Shown here piece by piece: positions 13,901 through 24,432 of a stretch of DNA of 64,000 nucleotides. The position numbers and the translations under genes were made by a program. This DNA comes from Octopus sinensis (Eukaryota). The DNA lies in NCBI RefSeq assembly GCF_006345805.1, contig NC_043008.1:40238001-40302000 (forward strand). Direction: 5' to 3'. The notes beneath the pieces were generated by a model. It did not search any database, was not told the origin of the DNA, and saw only the letters and a program-made list of their open reading frames with translations. Position 1 is the first letter of the stretch. Each line of letters opens with the position of its first letter.

Positions 13901-14157
13901 GCATAAGAATGCAGAAAAATATTGACCAATTAGAAATAAGAGTTAAAATCTTAATTAAATTACCATAAAAACACTAAAATAACGGGAAGAGTTAATATAC
14001 TCAAAAGCACACCTATGAAAGACTATGCTATTTGGATATATTAATTCTTTCTGTTTCCTCACCTAGCGTTATTTCTCTGCTATTTTAGTACTTTAGGGTT
14101 TAATTAAGATTTTACCTCTTATTTCTAGCAGGTTAATGCTTTTCTGCATTCTTATGC
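13901..14157. mobile_element. MITE-like element, ~85-bp imperfect terminal inverted repeats
   Basis: Left gcataagaatgcagaaaa...tagaaataagagttaaaatcttaattaaa versus right tttaattaagattttacctcttatttctag...ttttctgcattcttatgc. No TSD identified. Confidence 0.65.
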
Positions 14158-16492
14158 TTCGTACAAATTTGTGTGTGAGTGTATATATATATATTCATTT
14201 TTTTTTTTTGAGATTGATGAAATTATTAAGTGCTACATACCTTCTCAATCACAAGTCAATCATATACACAGCCACTCAAATATAGAGTAAAAGCAGTTGT
14301 AAGCTACTGAACCTCAGTAGCTAATGGTGTATTCCTTTTCCATGTTATATATATATATGTGTGTGTGTGTATGTATGTATATATACTAGTTAAATATTTT
14401 ACTTTTATGTCCTCACTTCAGTAAATACATTATTTTGTGTTTGATGAGGGAGGGAATGATTATATTAAAAAAAAAATCTGTGTTATAGGGGTTTCCTTTA
14501 AATTCAGCAGATGGAAATTACAAATATGCTACGGAATTATATTACCATAATATGAAAAAACCTTCATTTTGGTTTTGACATATTGATATATTTAAGGAAT
14601 GTTAGCGTGGGATATTTTGTGTTCGATGTTGTTTTCAAATATTTCCCTGTGGTTAGTAAAGTGAATATAAAATAGGAACGTATCAAACATTCGCTACTCA
14701 TCATTTATTTCCTTATTTTAACGACATCGAACTTAAAACTCTGATACCAAATTTAATGAGAATTCTTTTGGGAGAAGTCTTTTGAACCATGATTATACGA
14801 ATGGACGCAGTGATTTTTAGCTGAGGAAATATATTTCTGTGAAAACAAGGATGAGTATTGTAGGACATTAAAATACTTTGCTGTGATATAAAAAATTTAC
14901 TGAAGCTATCTGGGAAAATAATGGAAACATTCCATGTAATTTTTGTTACTGAAATGTTGTAAATTATTTGCATGCTCCCTTTATGATTCAACTCTGTCAA
15001 TTGACAGGCTTCATTAACAGACAACCGTGAAAAATGGTTATGTTTGTTTTAAGCACAAAGTGAGAAGCCAGAGGAAATTGCATTCAACGTATTTCTACGA
15101 GGGTTATTTTTGAATAGTTACATCCAATTTAAATGTGAAGCCGAACAGCAAAGACAGATAAAATAATTAAATATATAAACACACACACAAAAAAAAATCA
15201 AGAACAAACTTTATTCAATTTCCCTCAGATCAATGATATGGCTAATTGAACGGAAATACGCCGTTTATTTAAGTTGCGACGTTCTTCTTAGCAAAGCCCT
15301 AATTTGATAATTTATTTTAGCCTACGGTAATTTCCTTTGGGAAAAGCTGCTAATGAGGTGTGTTGATGCGTTTTGCTATTCAGCAAATATCTCTTGGGGA
15401 GAATAGCAATATTTGGTTAATATTGTTTCAAATACACAGCGGATATTTGTGGCACCGGATCAAACTATAGCGAATCGACTGAGACTCCGTAGCTAAACTG
15501 TTGAAATATGCTATTAATAATATCATTGTTAACCCTGCTGCAAACTTTTTCATACTTTCGATATTTTAGAACAAATGAAATATATGACAAACGTTTGTGT
15601 ATGTTTTAAAATCAAAAATAAATACGATAAAGACTAACCGTTATAATGTGTGTTCCTGTTAGTACCCAGAGCTCAAATTCTAAAAATATTAAAGTGACAA
15701 TAACTTTTTGTCCCATATATTCGAAACCAGCTGATACAGAATATCAAGACTCAGAATATTAACTTGCCCTTCCGTCTCAATCGTATATATCGTGATACGA
15801 AACATAAAGATTTCTGTATTCTGCAAGGTATGCCCGATATAGGTGATATCGCCCTAAATACACGAAATTGTTAATATCAAAGTTTCCGTTGGAAGTACAT
15901 TCTATAATATTACAAAAAAGAAAGTCTCTTTCTCAAATCGTTGTTGGTGTTTTAAGTAAAAGTGAAATTCCCTGTCCTTCTAAACTAATCTCTAAAGAGT
16001 GTATGTGAAACATTTCTACTCTTGCGTCCTGTATACTAAGACAAAAAGATCTTTACTTATATATATTACTGGTTCATAGTTCCATTTGCGAAAAATATAA
16101 GGGTAATTTAGTTGAAACCTTATACAAACTTTTCTCTCAACACTTAACTAAGGAAAATAGATCATATTATTAAACCTAGTCTTCAAAGAAACTTCATTCC
16201 ATAATTTCATCATATATTACATATACATATATATATATATATATATGAAATAACGTTTTATTAAACAACGCATACATTCAAAAACGCCCACATATAAGAT
16301 TGTAGTAGGTCAGCCAACACGTCAAATAACAGTCACAATAAGAAAATTAAAATTAAATTAATTAATTTAATTTCTGCAATTGAACTAATTGGATGGGGAA
16401 ACGGGTGTAGGAAAGAATTTTATTATTTGGATTTGAATATCTTTCATAATCTGATATCTACACGTCAATTTCCTCATTTGTTGCTTTTCTCA

Positions 16493-16641
<149 letters not shown>

Positions 16642-16895
16642 CTTACAAGCGGCCCATTCCGGCGGAGTTTGAGCTACCTCCTGTAGAGGGTGCTTCATTG
16701 GACCCTGGGCCCAACAGTGATACTATAGGCATGAATACATACTAGATTCTTCTTAAACTTGTTCAATATTTTTCAAGTAATGAACAATTTTCATCAAAAC
16801 GCTGATATAATTTGTCGACTTGTTGAAAAGCTGCATGATAAACATTTTTCTTTGTCTCTCTGTTTAGGGTAATGTACAATTTTTTTCTGTCTAAC

Positions 16896-16936
<41 letters not shown>

Positions 16937-17065
16937 ACTTTTTCTGTTCATTGTTTTCAACCATCACCAGTACCACTTTCGCCACTGTCACTGCCAAAAC
17001 AAACCATGATGTAGAAAAGAAAGCTATCTCCAGCAAATAACCATCAACATGTAGCGGTGCTGAGA

Positions 17066-17255
17066 CGGCGAGCTGGCAGAATGAATACCATGCCAGGTGA
17101 AATGCTTAGCGGCATCCCGTCCTTCTTTACGGTTTGAGTTCAAATTCCGCTAATGTCGTCTTTGCCTGCCATCCTCTTGGAGTTGATAAAATAAGTACCA
17201 GTAGAACATGCAATCGACTTATCCACTCCCCGAAATTGCTGACCTCTTCCCAAAA
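17066..17255 (+). mobile_element. SINE family C (tRNA head plus MetaSINE-like central domain)
   Basis: ggcgagctggcaga...gaaatgcttagcgg...gagttcaaattccgc...gataaaataagtaccag. The MetaSINE resemblance is from memory. Confidence 0.8.
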
Positions 17256-18047
17256 CAGTGCCGATACTCCACTGTATTAACTGGGTTGACAGAAATTCAA
17301 TCCTCGACTTTCCTGCTGCGTTGCTCTGGAACCAGCATATATTTTGCTAAAATGCTTCTTATTTCCCGTACCAATATATTTTGGCATAATCTACAATTAA
17401 GAAATCTGTCGGTACATTGTTTCTGAAATATTCTGCACGAAAATATCTCTCTGCTTCTTCAGTTATTATTGCAGACATTTTAAAGCAACTATTCAACACA
17501 AATATTATATAATTCAGAGTGGTACACAGTTTCCTCTAGAACACTATAAAGGAAAACGTATCCGAGTTACACAAAATGGTATTCATTTCTGCAAGCATAT
17601 ACATATGTTTGTTTACAGCAGTATTCTAATAGTAATTGTAATGACGATTAAGAGGCAGCGATGACCGCATCATTAGCGACTGCGATGAGCTGATAAGAAT
17701 GATGACAGTGATGATAATGACGAGGATGATGACGACAATGACGGCGACGATGACGATGATGATGATGAAATGATGAAATGAAGATAATGAAGATGCCTAA
17801 GATGTTTATGATAATAAATATGCTGCAGATTGAAGCTGATGTTAGTGAGTGCGATTAAAATAAATACCGTAAAATCCATAAATAATTAGTGATAGAGATG
17901 TAGTCGACAAAAGTGAATAGCTATCTTTTTATCGTTCTTCGAAAATAAAATTCAACTCACAATGATTGTAATGTTTGTAAGACGCTAGAGACAAAACGAT
18001 TATTGTAGATATAAATTATAATACTAATATCAATATGGATCTCAAAG

Positions 18048-18225
18048 TCGGTGAGTTGGCAGAGTCGCGAGCAAGCCTAGCCGAACGTTTAGCAGTGTTT
18101 CATCTGCCTTTATGTTCTGAGTTCGAAGAGTTACTCTCTCATGCTTTCGGGGTCAGGAAAATAAGAACTATTCGAGTATTTTCTCCGAAACCCTGTCCCT
18201 GTACCAAAATTTGAGACCTATATTA
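18048..18225 (+). mobile_element. Diverged SINE family C
   Basis: ggtgagttggcagagtcg...ttctgagttcga...atgctttcggggtcaggaaaataag. Confidence 0.65.
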
Positions 18226-18288
18226 ATAACGATCAAAAAAATTACTATTTGTAAATTTCCCAATGAGAGATATTCAACAACAGTACTC

Positions 18289-18672
18289 TAGAGTAAAGAT
18301 TATTTGCCAGTATAACATGGCAGTCCTGGTTTAGGACGACTGTTACTGTAATTTAACCCCAGGAGACATCGTCTGCAGCTGGCTATACTACATGATCTGT
18401 CCTTATATTTTCGAAGAAGGTCGTTTAGCACCTGCTCTCAGCTCAAAACAATGTCTGTGTATCGCGATTTCCAGGGAAAGAGAACAATCTAAATCGTGAT
18501 ACAAAGATATTATTTTGAGCTGAGTAGTGGGGCTAAAAGCCCTTGTTCAAAAATATACGCACAGATTATGTCGTATAGCCAGCTGCAGACGATGTCTCCT
18601 GGTGCTAAATTACAGCAACAATTGCCCTAAAGCAGGACTGCCATGTTATGTTCGCAATCAATCTTTAATCTA
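18289..18672. mobile_element. Near-palindromic MITE, ~384 bp, TA at both ends
   Basis: ~180-bp arms pair well (e.g. ccaggagacatcgtctgcagctggctatac / gtatagccagctgcagacgatgtctcctgg) around a 20-bp spacer at 18471-18490. TA ends are consistent with Tc1/mariner. Confidence 0.85.
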
Positions 18673-18916
18673 ATGACGATCTATAACGTTGCTACAGAGA
18701 CTCAATTCTTCATACCCGATGTTGACAACTGAATTGATGGAATATAGAATATTAATTATTTGTTCTGACACTAAAGAAAGATGAAAAGAAACATGCAGAA
18801 TAAATACGAATGGGAAATTCAAAGCAAATCTCAAAATATTTCGAAAAGCAGGGTCGATCTAATTTCGCCGAAATATTTTTCTACTGATTCTCTCATAGTG
18901 CATAGTGATTCTGATA

Positions 18917-19110
18917 TTTCAGAATTACAACTATTAGTGGTTTGGAGTTTAACTGCTCTTTCTACTGAGTCGAATGTCCTATTATGGTTATTCCTTATAT
19001 ATTTGAATGTATATTATATAGTCTATTGACTATTTTTTGTCTCTCACTTGACCGCTGGTAGCGGAGAATTTTTCTAGAATTTTTTGCTACCCTAAAATTT
19101 ATTAATTAAT
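18917..19110 (+). repeat. Direct repeat, copy 1 (~190 bp)
   Basis: Matches 19370-19560 with scattered substitutions. Confidence 0.9.
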
Positions 19111-19369
19111 GATTTTTTGGTTAATTTTGCAATTAAATCGGCAGTTTATATTTGCTGCTGAGAAAACCGCGCGAGTGTGGTGGATTTTGAAAAGTTATAG
19201 CATATAGACTCGAAGCATGGTTATTATCGCTTCGTGGCTATATGGTAGTCCTTGGTTTTCTGCTGAAGAGACATGCCAGTTGTAAATAAATTTAATTTAT
19301 TTATTAAAGATTGCCGAAACTATGCATAGTCCAGAAAGGAGAGGGTAAACGTTTTTATTTCTCTTTCCA

Positions 19370-19555
19370 TTTCAGAATTACTACTATTAATGGTTTAGAG
19401 TTTAACTGTTCTTTCTAGTGAGTCGAATGTCCTATTATGGCCATTCCTTATATATTCGAATGTGTATTATATAGTCTATTGACTATTTTTTTCTTTCTCA
19501 CTTGACCGCTGGTAGCAGAGAATTTTTCTAGAATTTGTTGCTACCCTAAAATTAA

Positions 19556-19560
<5 letters not shown>
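19370..19560 (+). repeat. Direct repeat, copy 2 (~190 bp)
   Basis: Matches 18917-19110; runs into (AT)n. Confidence 0.9.
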
Positions 19561-19637
<77 letters not shown>

Positions 19638-19671
19638 ATATATATATATATATGTATATACATATATATAT

Positions 19672-20163
19672 GAAAAAACAAGTCAGGGTAGAAAATGCTA
19701 AAATAATTTTATAAAGAACATTTCAGTACCGGTTTCAGTCATTGAGACCTTTTCAACTGTAACAATTAAATAATTAAATTTAGAAAAATTAAAAGAAAAG
19801 TTTTTTCTTAAAAGAATATTTGTATAGTGTTCATATATAAGTGGCATTTTCCTTGTTTCTGCTTTTCTCTGTCTCTCTTGTTTATCTCTTGTGAGTTTGA
19901 GGTCGTTGTGAATTCTTGGTAGGGAAGAAGAAGCAGGGGGAAGAGGAGAAGGGGAGGAAGAAGACGAGGAATTTGGGAATGTTTTGATTATAGTATTTTG
20001 AATGGTCAGTGGAGGCTAGCAGTTGCTGTTCAATTCATGAAAATATTTCTAGTTTTATATATAGAATTTGCGTAGGTGTTATACTAGAAAGCATTAGTAA
20101 TAAAGTTAGGAAGGCGAAGGAAGAAGGGAGAGAAGAAGAAGAGAAGAAGAAGAAGAAGAAGAA

Positions 20164-20199
<36 letters not shown>

Positions 20200-20323
20200 G
20201 ATGAGGATGATGATGATGATGAAGAAGAAGAAAAAGAAGAAGAAGAAGAAAAGAAGAAGAAGAAGAAGAAGGGAGAATATGAATGAGTGAAAGTAGTGAG
20301 GTGTTGGATGACTTAAAGTTGGC
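19672..20323 (-). mobile_element. PLE-like repeat family P3 (copy 1) with internal (GAA)n/(GAT)n and terminal HHR
   Basis: Homologous to 38438-39066 in its unique segments; abuts (AT)n at 19670. Confidence 0.7.
19724..19759 (-). ncRNA. Minimal type I hammerhead motif, U3-A8 core variant
   Basis: Minus strand: CAG UUGAAAA GGUC-UCAAU-GACU GAAACCG GUA CUG; palindromic stem III ACCGGU. Confidence 0.65.
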
Positions 20324-20469
20324 ATTTTAGGTCATATATATATAATCAGAGAAACATATATCTGTGTATTTAAATATGCCTCGTGTCATTTTATTAGTTT
20401 CTAACGTTTATAAGTATGTCATATTCAAATAATATTTTAGATAATATTCAGGTAATAAATAATCCTTTC

Positions 20470-20675
20470 TACTGTAGGCACAAGGCCGAAAATTTTGGGG
20501 GAAGGGATCCAGTCGATTAGAACGTTTTCAGTACGCAACTGGTACTTATTTAATCGATCACGAAAGGATGAAAGGCAAATTCGACCTCAGCGGAATTTGA
20601 ACTCAGAACGTAAAGAAGGAACGAAATACCGCGAAGCATTTCGCCCGGCATGGTAATGATTCTGCCAGTTCGGTA
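20470..20675 (-). mobile_element. SINE family C
   Basis: ctggtacttatttaatcgatcacgaaaggatgaaaggcaaattcgacctcagcggaatttgaactcagaacg...gcatttcgcccggc. Confidence 0.85.
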
Positions 20676-20710
20676 GCTTTCTGGTAATAAATAATAAAGT
20701 TAATATAGAA

Positions 20711-20820
20711 GGCGGTTAGGAGACAGACTCGTTACCATGCTAAGCGCAAAGCTTAGAGGTGTTTCGTCCGCCATTAGGTTCTAAGCTCAAATTCCGTTGA
20801 GGTCATCTTTGCCTTTTTTC
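20711..20820 (+). mobile_element. Diverged SINE family C head, divergent from the previous copy
   Basis: gcttagaggtgtttcgtccgcc...ctcaaattccgttgaggtcatctttgcc. Confidence 0.55.
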
Positions 20821-23718
20821 ATTTCATTCTACATATCAGTTGAGCATTGGGCTCAATATAATCGACTTAACTACTCCTGTGTAAGAGAATACGAAAACTG
20901 CCTCACTGTTCTAAGCCATTTCGAGTCTTTGTTGCATAGTAGGCTCATTGATCTTGTATGGTGTCAAGCACAAACTCACAGCGTCCATATCGAACCGTTG
21001 TTGGAGAGAACATGCTGAGGCCCACGATCTGCAGTGGAGTGAAGAGAAACGATTTAATCCAACTCATTTTTAAATGTTCTAATTCAAAAAAATATATTGA
21101 GACATGTACTTTTTTCTATAGGACTGTAAACGTTGAAATAAGCATCTTGTTTGCAATATTACAATATAAAGGTAGTATATACGTCACTAAAGTTACTGGG
21201 ATTACTAGTCAGCCCTATTGGTAGAAATAAGAGTTAAAACAACTCATATCCGCGAGAAGCACTTAACTTTATGATTGAAAAGGAAGGCAATTTCCCTCAG
21301 CGTCAAGAGATAGCCAGACCACAGTGACCTCGCATTTATATTAATGGTCGTCAGTGACTATCACTTAGGTTAAACACATCTTATCGTAGAAATCATACGC
21401 TGATGTCATAAATGTTGCAAGTGAAAATCATAAAAAATACGGTTGGCGCGTTCGTAGTTTTTCAACCGAAAGGCAGAAATATATGCGTCAGCAAAATGAG
21501 CACCAGTGCTGCTAGAAATAAGAGTTAAATCAACTACCACCTATACAGATTGTTTATGTTCCTTCTGAATTTACTTCATAGAATGGTATTTCTCTCTAAC
21601 ATTTAATGCATTACCGTCTCTACCCAAAACTTTTTATCCTTCTGTCAATCTTTCCTCGTCTCTGTCTCTCTCTATTTCCAGCCTTGATTTCCGTTTCTTT
21701 AGAACAAACACTAACTTCCAAACCGTCACATGTATTGTAACTGAAAATAAAATTGTATCCTCGAACTCTTTCCTTTCAATGCTGCCATTTTGTATGTGGT
21801 TTTTCATCTGTTTTCGACATCTTTAGAATTTGCTCAAACACAGATATACAAACATATACGCACATATATGTTTGTGTATAAATGGGCTGCTGTGTGTATA
21901 TATATTCATTTGAAGAGAATGTACTCCAATGTCTACTTGTTTATTTCGCAATTCTAAATACGCCTGTATTTTGATATCAATGCCTAATGAAATTCATTCT
22001 TTGTATCTTATATATCTTATATAATTCTTATTGTAAGTGATTTTGCAATTCTTTCAGTCATAAATCGATCTGATAAGTACAGAATTCAATATATACAATT
22101 TAAATGCAAATATGAAAATAATAGCTTCGATTATTGGCAAATATCTAGAAAGCTATAGAAAATTCACAAGTTATCTTAAAGTTCTACACATTACCAGTTC
22201 TTTTATCTAAGTTGAGTTTTTCAAGTTCACAGAAGTACCTCTGAAGGATGCATTTTCGATATGAGAATACATTACAGTCTTCATATAGCATATTTATATA
22301 TCGCAAATGTATACTTCAAGTGAACTGTTAGAATTATTGATATTTATTTTAAATATATACTTGATTTAGCTACGACAGTTTGATGTGAAGGAAATTTTAA
22401 TGATAATGAAAAATAAATATATGTGTATATTTGTAATTTTACTTTATACCTGGTGATAACAATAATTCTCTTGAATTAAAGACCAAGAGAATTAAAACGC
22501 GAAGACAGGTGGTGGTGGTGGTGGTGGTAGAGTATGTTACGGCGGAATTTATGGCGAATCTTGTCTCTCACAATATAAAACCATTTCTCATGGCAGCAGC
22601 AGACAAAATAGAAAAGGTGTTGCTTCGGATGAAATTGAAGGAGTTGCTCTGGAACTAACACTCAGATGCACGAAACTCCCACTTGCGGACAGCAATCTCG
22701 AACGCGATAGTGGTGAACGGGGATTAGATTATATTTAACTGTAATTTTGTCAACCCTGCTAAATCACTGACTTAAAAGAAGACGAAAGGGATTACTTATG
22801 GACGTAGGTAGGTCTCAGACGGGAGAAAAAATTTAAGAAGGAAGAATGTCTTAGGAAACAAAGTCTCGTTTAATTTTATTTAAAATTCCAAGAGGAAAGA
22901 ATTGGCACAATTTCTTGGTATATGGTATCTGTGTTAAAACACATGTGGTGATACACATTGTGTTCGGGATTTCTTTTTTTTTTTGTAACCCTAGTCCAGC
23001 TCCGAATGGGCAGATATATAACTGAATATCTTCCTGTTTTTCCTAGATATTTTATATAAAGAGCTTACGTGTATATTTCTAATACAGCTCGATATGGTTG
23101 TAGAAAAATTTGTTTGCTATCCTTGCTTAATGAAACAAATGCGCAAAGCCACATGTTTGGATCTGAATTTATATTCCGAAGCAAGTAGAGCCAAACAAAG
23201 AATGTTGAAATATAAACATAAGTTGTATGTTTAGTCTATGGCTAATTAAGAGTGAGACAGTAGTTCAGACAATAAACGTGAAAGAAACCGCAGGGCCAAA
23301 ATAGAAACTCGTTTACAAAAAGAACAATTATGTTGAAACGAAATAGTTCTATAGTAAACGATTGTGAAAGAAGTATTTGTAAGACAAAATACCCCAATCT
23401 TCAAAATTAATGAACTTTTATGGTTACTGACTGTAGCTACGTGCCTGCATGTATATATGTAGGTAGTGCTTGAATGAATCAAATCACAAAGGCACACATA
23501 AATGCAAATATGCTCAATATATTTGCATCGAGTTTTTCTATTAGCTTTAATAATGATTTCTAACACGACAACCGAAATAGGAGTTGAATTGGAAGGATAA
23601 GGTCTAATAGTCCACCTATAGCCTGTTATCCAACATTGCTTACAGACTCACCTCTATTTCATCAACAACACAATCATTTGGATGACTACTATTGCTGGTG
23701 CAAACACCAGACTAATCA

Positions 23719-23814
23719 GGAGCCAGAAACGTTAGCTCGCCGGGCGAAATGCTTAGCGGTACTTCGTCTGCCGTTACGTCTGAGTTCAAATTTCGCCGAG
23801 GTCGACTTTGCCTT
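23719..23814 (+). mobile_element. SINE family C, 5' portion
   Basis: gaaacgttagctcgccgggcgaaatgcttagcggtacttcgtctgccgttacgtctgagttcaaatttcgccgaggtcgactttgcctt. Confidence 0.85.
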
Positions 23815-23924
23815 AAAGAGCGTGCAGTAAATAGTTGATAAAAAACACTCAGTAAATCAGACAAAAAACAAAGAACAACAACGCGAGGACGTAACACATG
23901 CAGATTATTAATAAGACGCTGAAG

Positions 23925-24082
23925 AAGGAAAGAGTGACTGTTTTAAATTTCGAGCATAGCTCTTAATCCGAAACAGGAGACTAGGGAATGTTCAAAATGA
24001 GATTTCGCCCAACCTGAACACTAAATTTCTCCTGTTTCCGGAAAAAGCTATGCTCCAAACGTAAAACAATCACCCTTTCCTT
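23925..24082. repeat. Inverted repeat, ~70-bp arms
   Basis: aaggaaagagtgactgtttt...gagcatagctc...gaaacaggaga versus tctcctgtttcc...agctatgctc...aaaacaatcaccctttcctt. Confidence 0.8.
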
Positions 24083-24176
24083 CCTTCTCACGCTGTTGTT
24101 CATTATGGTATTTTTCTCTGTTTCTTACACAACTATATATATCTATCTATACATATATACATGCATATATATATAT

Positions 24177-24363
24177 AGGGAGAGTTTACGAAAAAACAAA
24201 AGACGAAGGCAGGTGGAGTACAAAACAAACAGATGTATTAGTATAACGCTCAGGAATAGAAAAAAAGTCTTTTACGTTTCGAGCCTATGCTTCTCTACAG
24301 AGGGACACAGAAAAACAAGAGAGAAAAAATGTGTGTAGTGCTAACGATCTATCATGGCGACTG
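24177..24363 (-). mobile_element. Family P1 copy with HHR-like motif
   Basis: Minus strand CUGUAGA-GA-AGC-AUAG-GCU-C-GAAAC-GUA-AAAGA at 24268-24300; (AT)n on both sides. Confidence 0.7.

Positions 24364-24432
<69 letters not shown>

Noticed and set aside
14302-14322. 9-bp perfect hairpin agctactga-acc-tcagtagct
   Set aside because: Expected by chance in 64 kb.
14713-15024. 103-aa non-repetitive minus-strand ORF
   Set aside because: No recognisable domain, non-ATG start and no convincing splice pair.
15097-15125. tacgagggtt... mariner-like TIR start
   Set aside because: Short, with no partner and no transposase trace.
20470-20820. Divergent SINE C pair as a strong dsRNA source
   Set aside because: The plus copy is too diverged and short for a long duplex.
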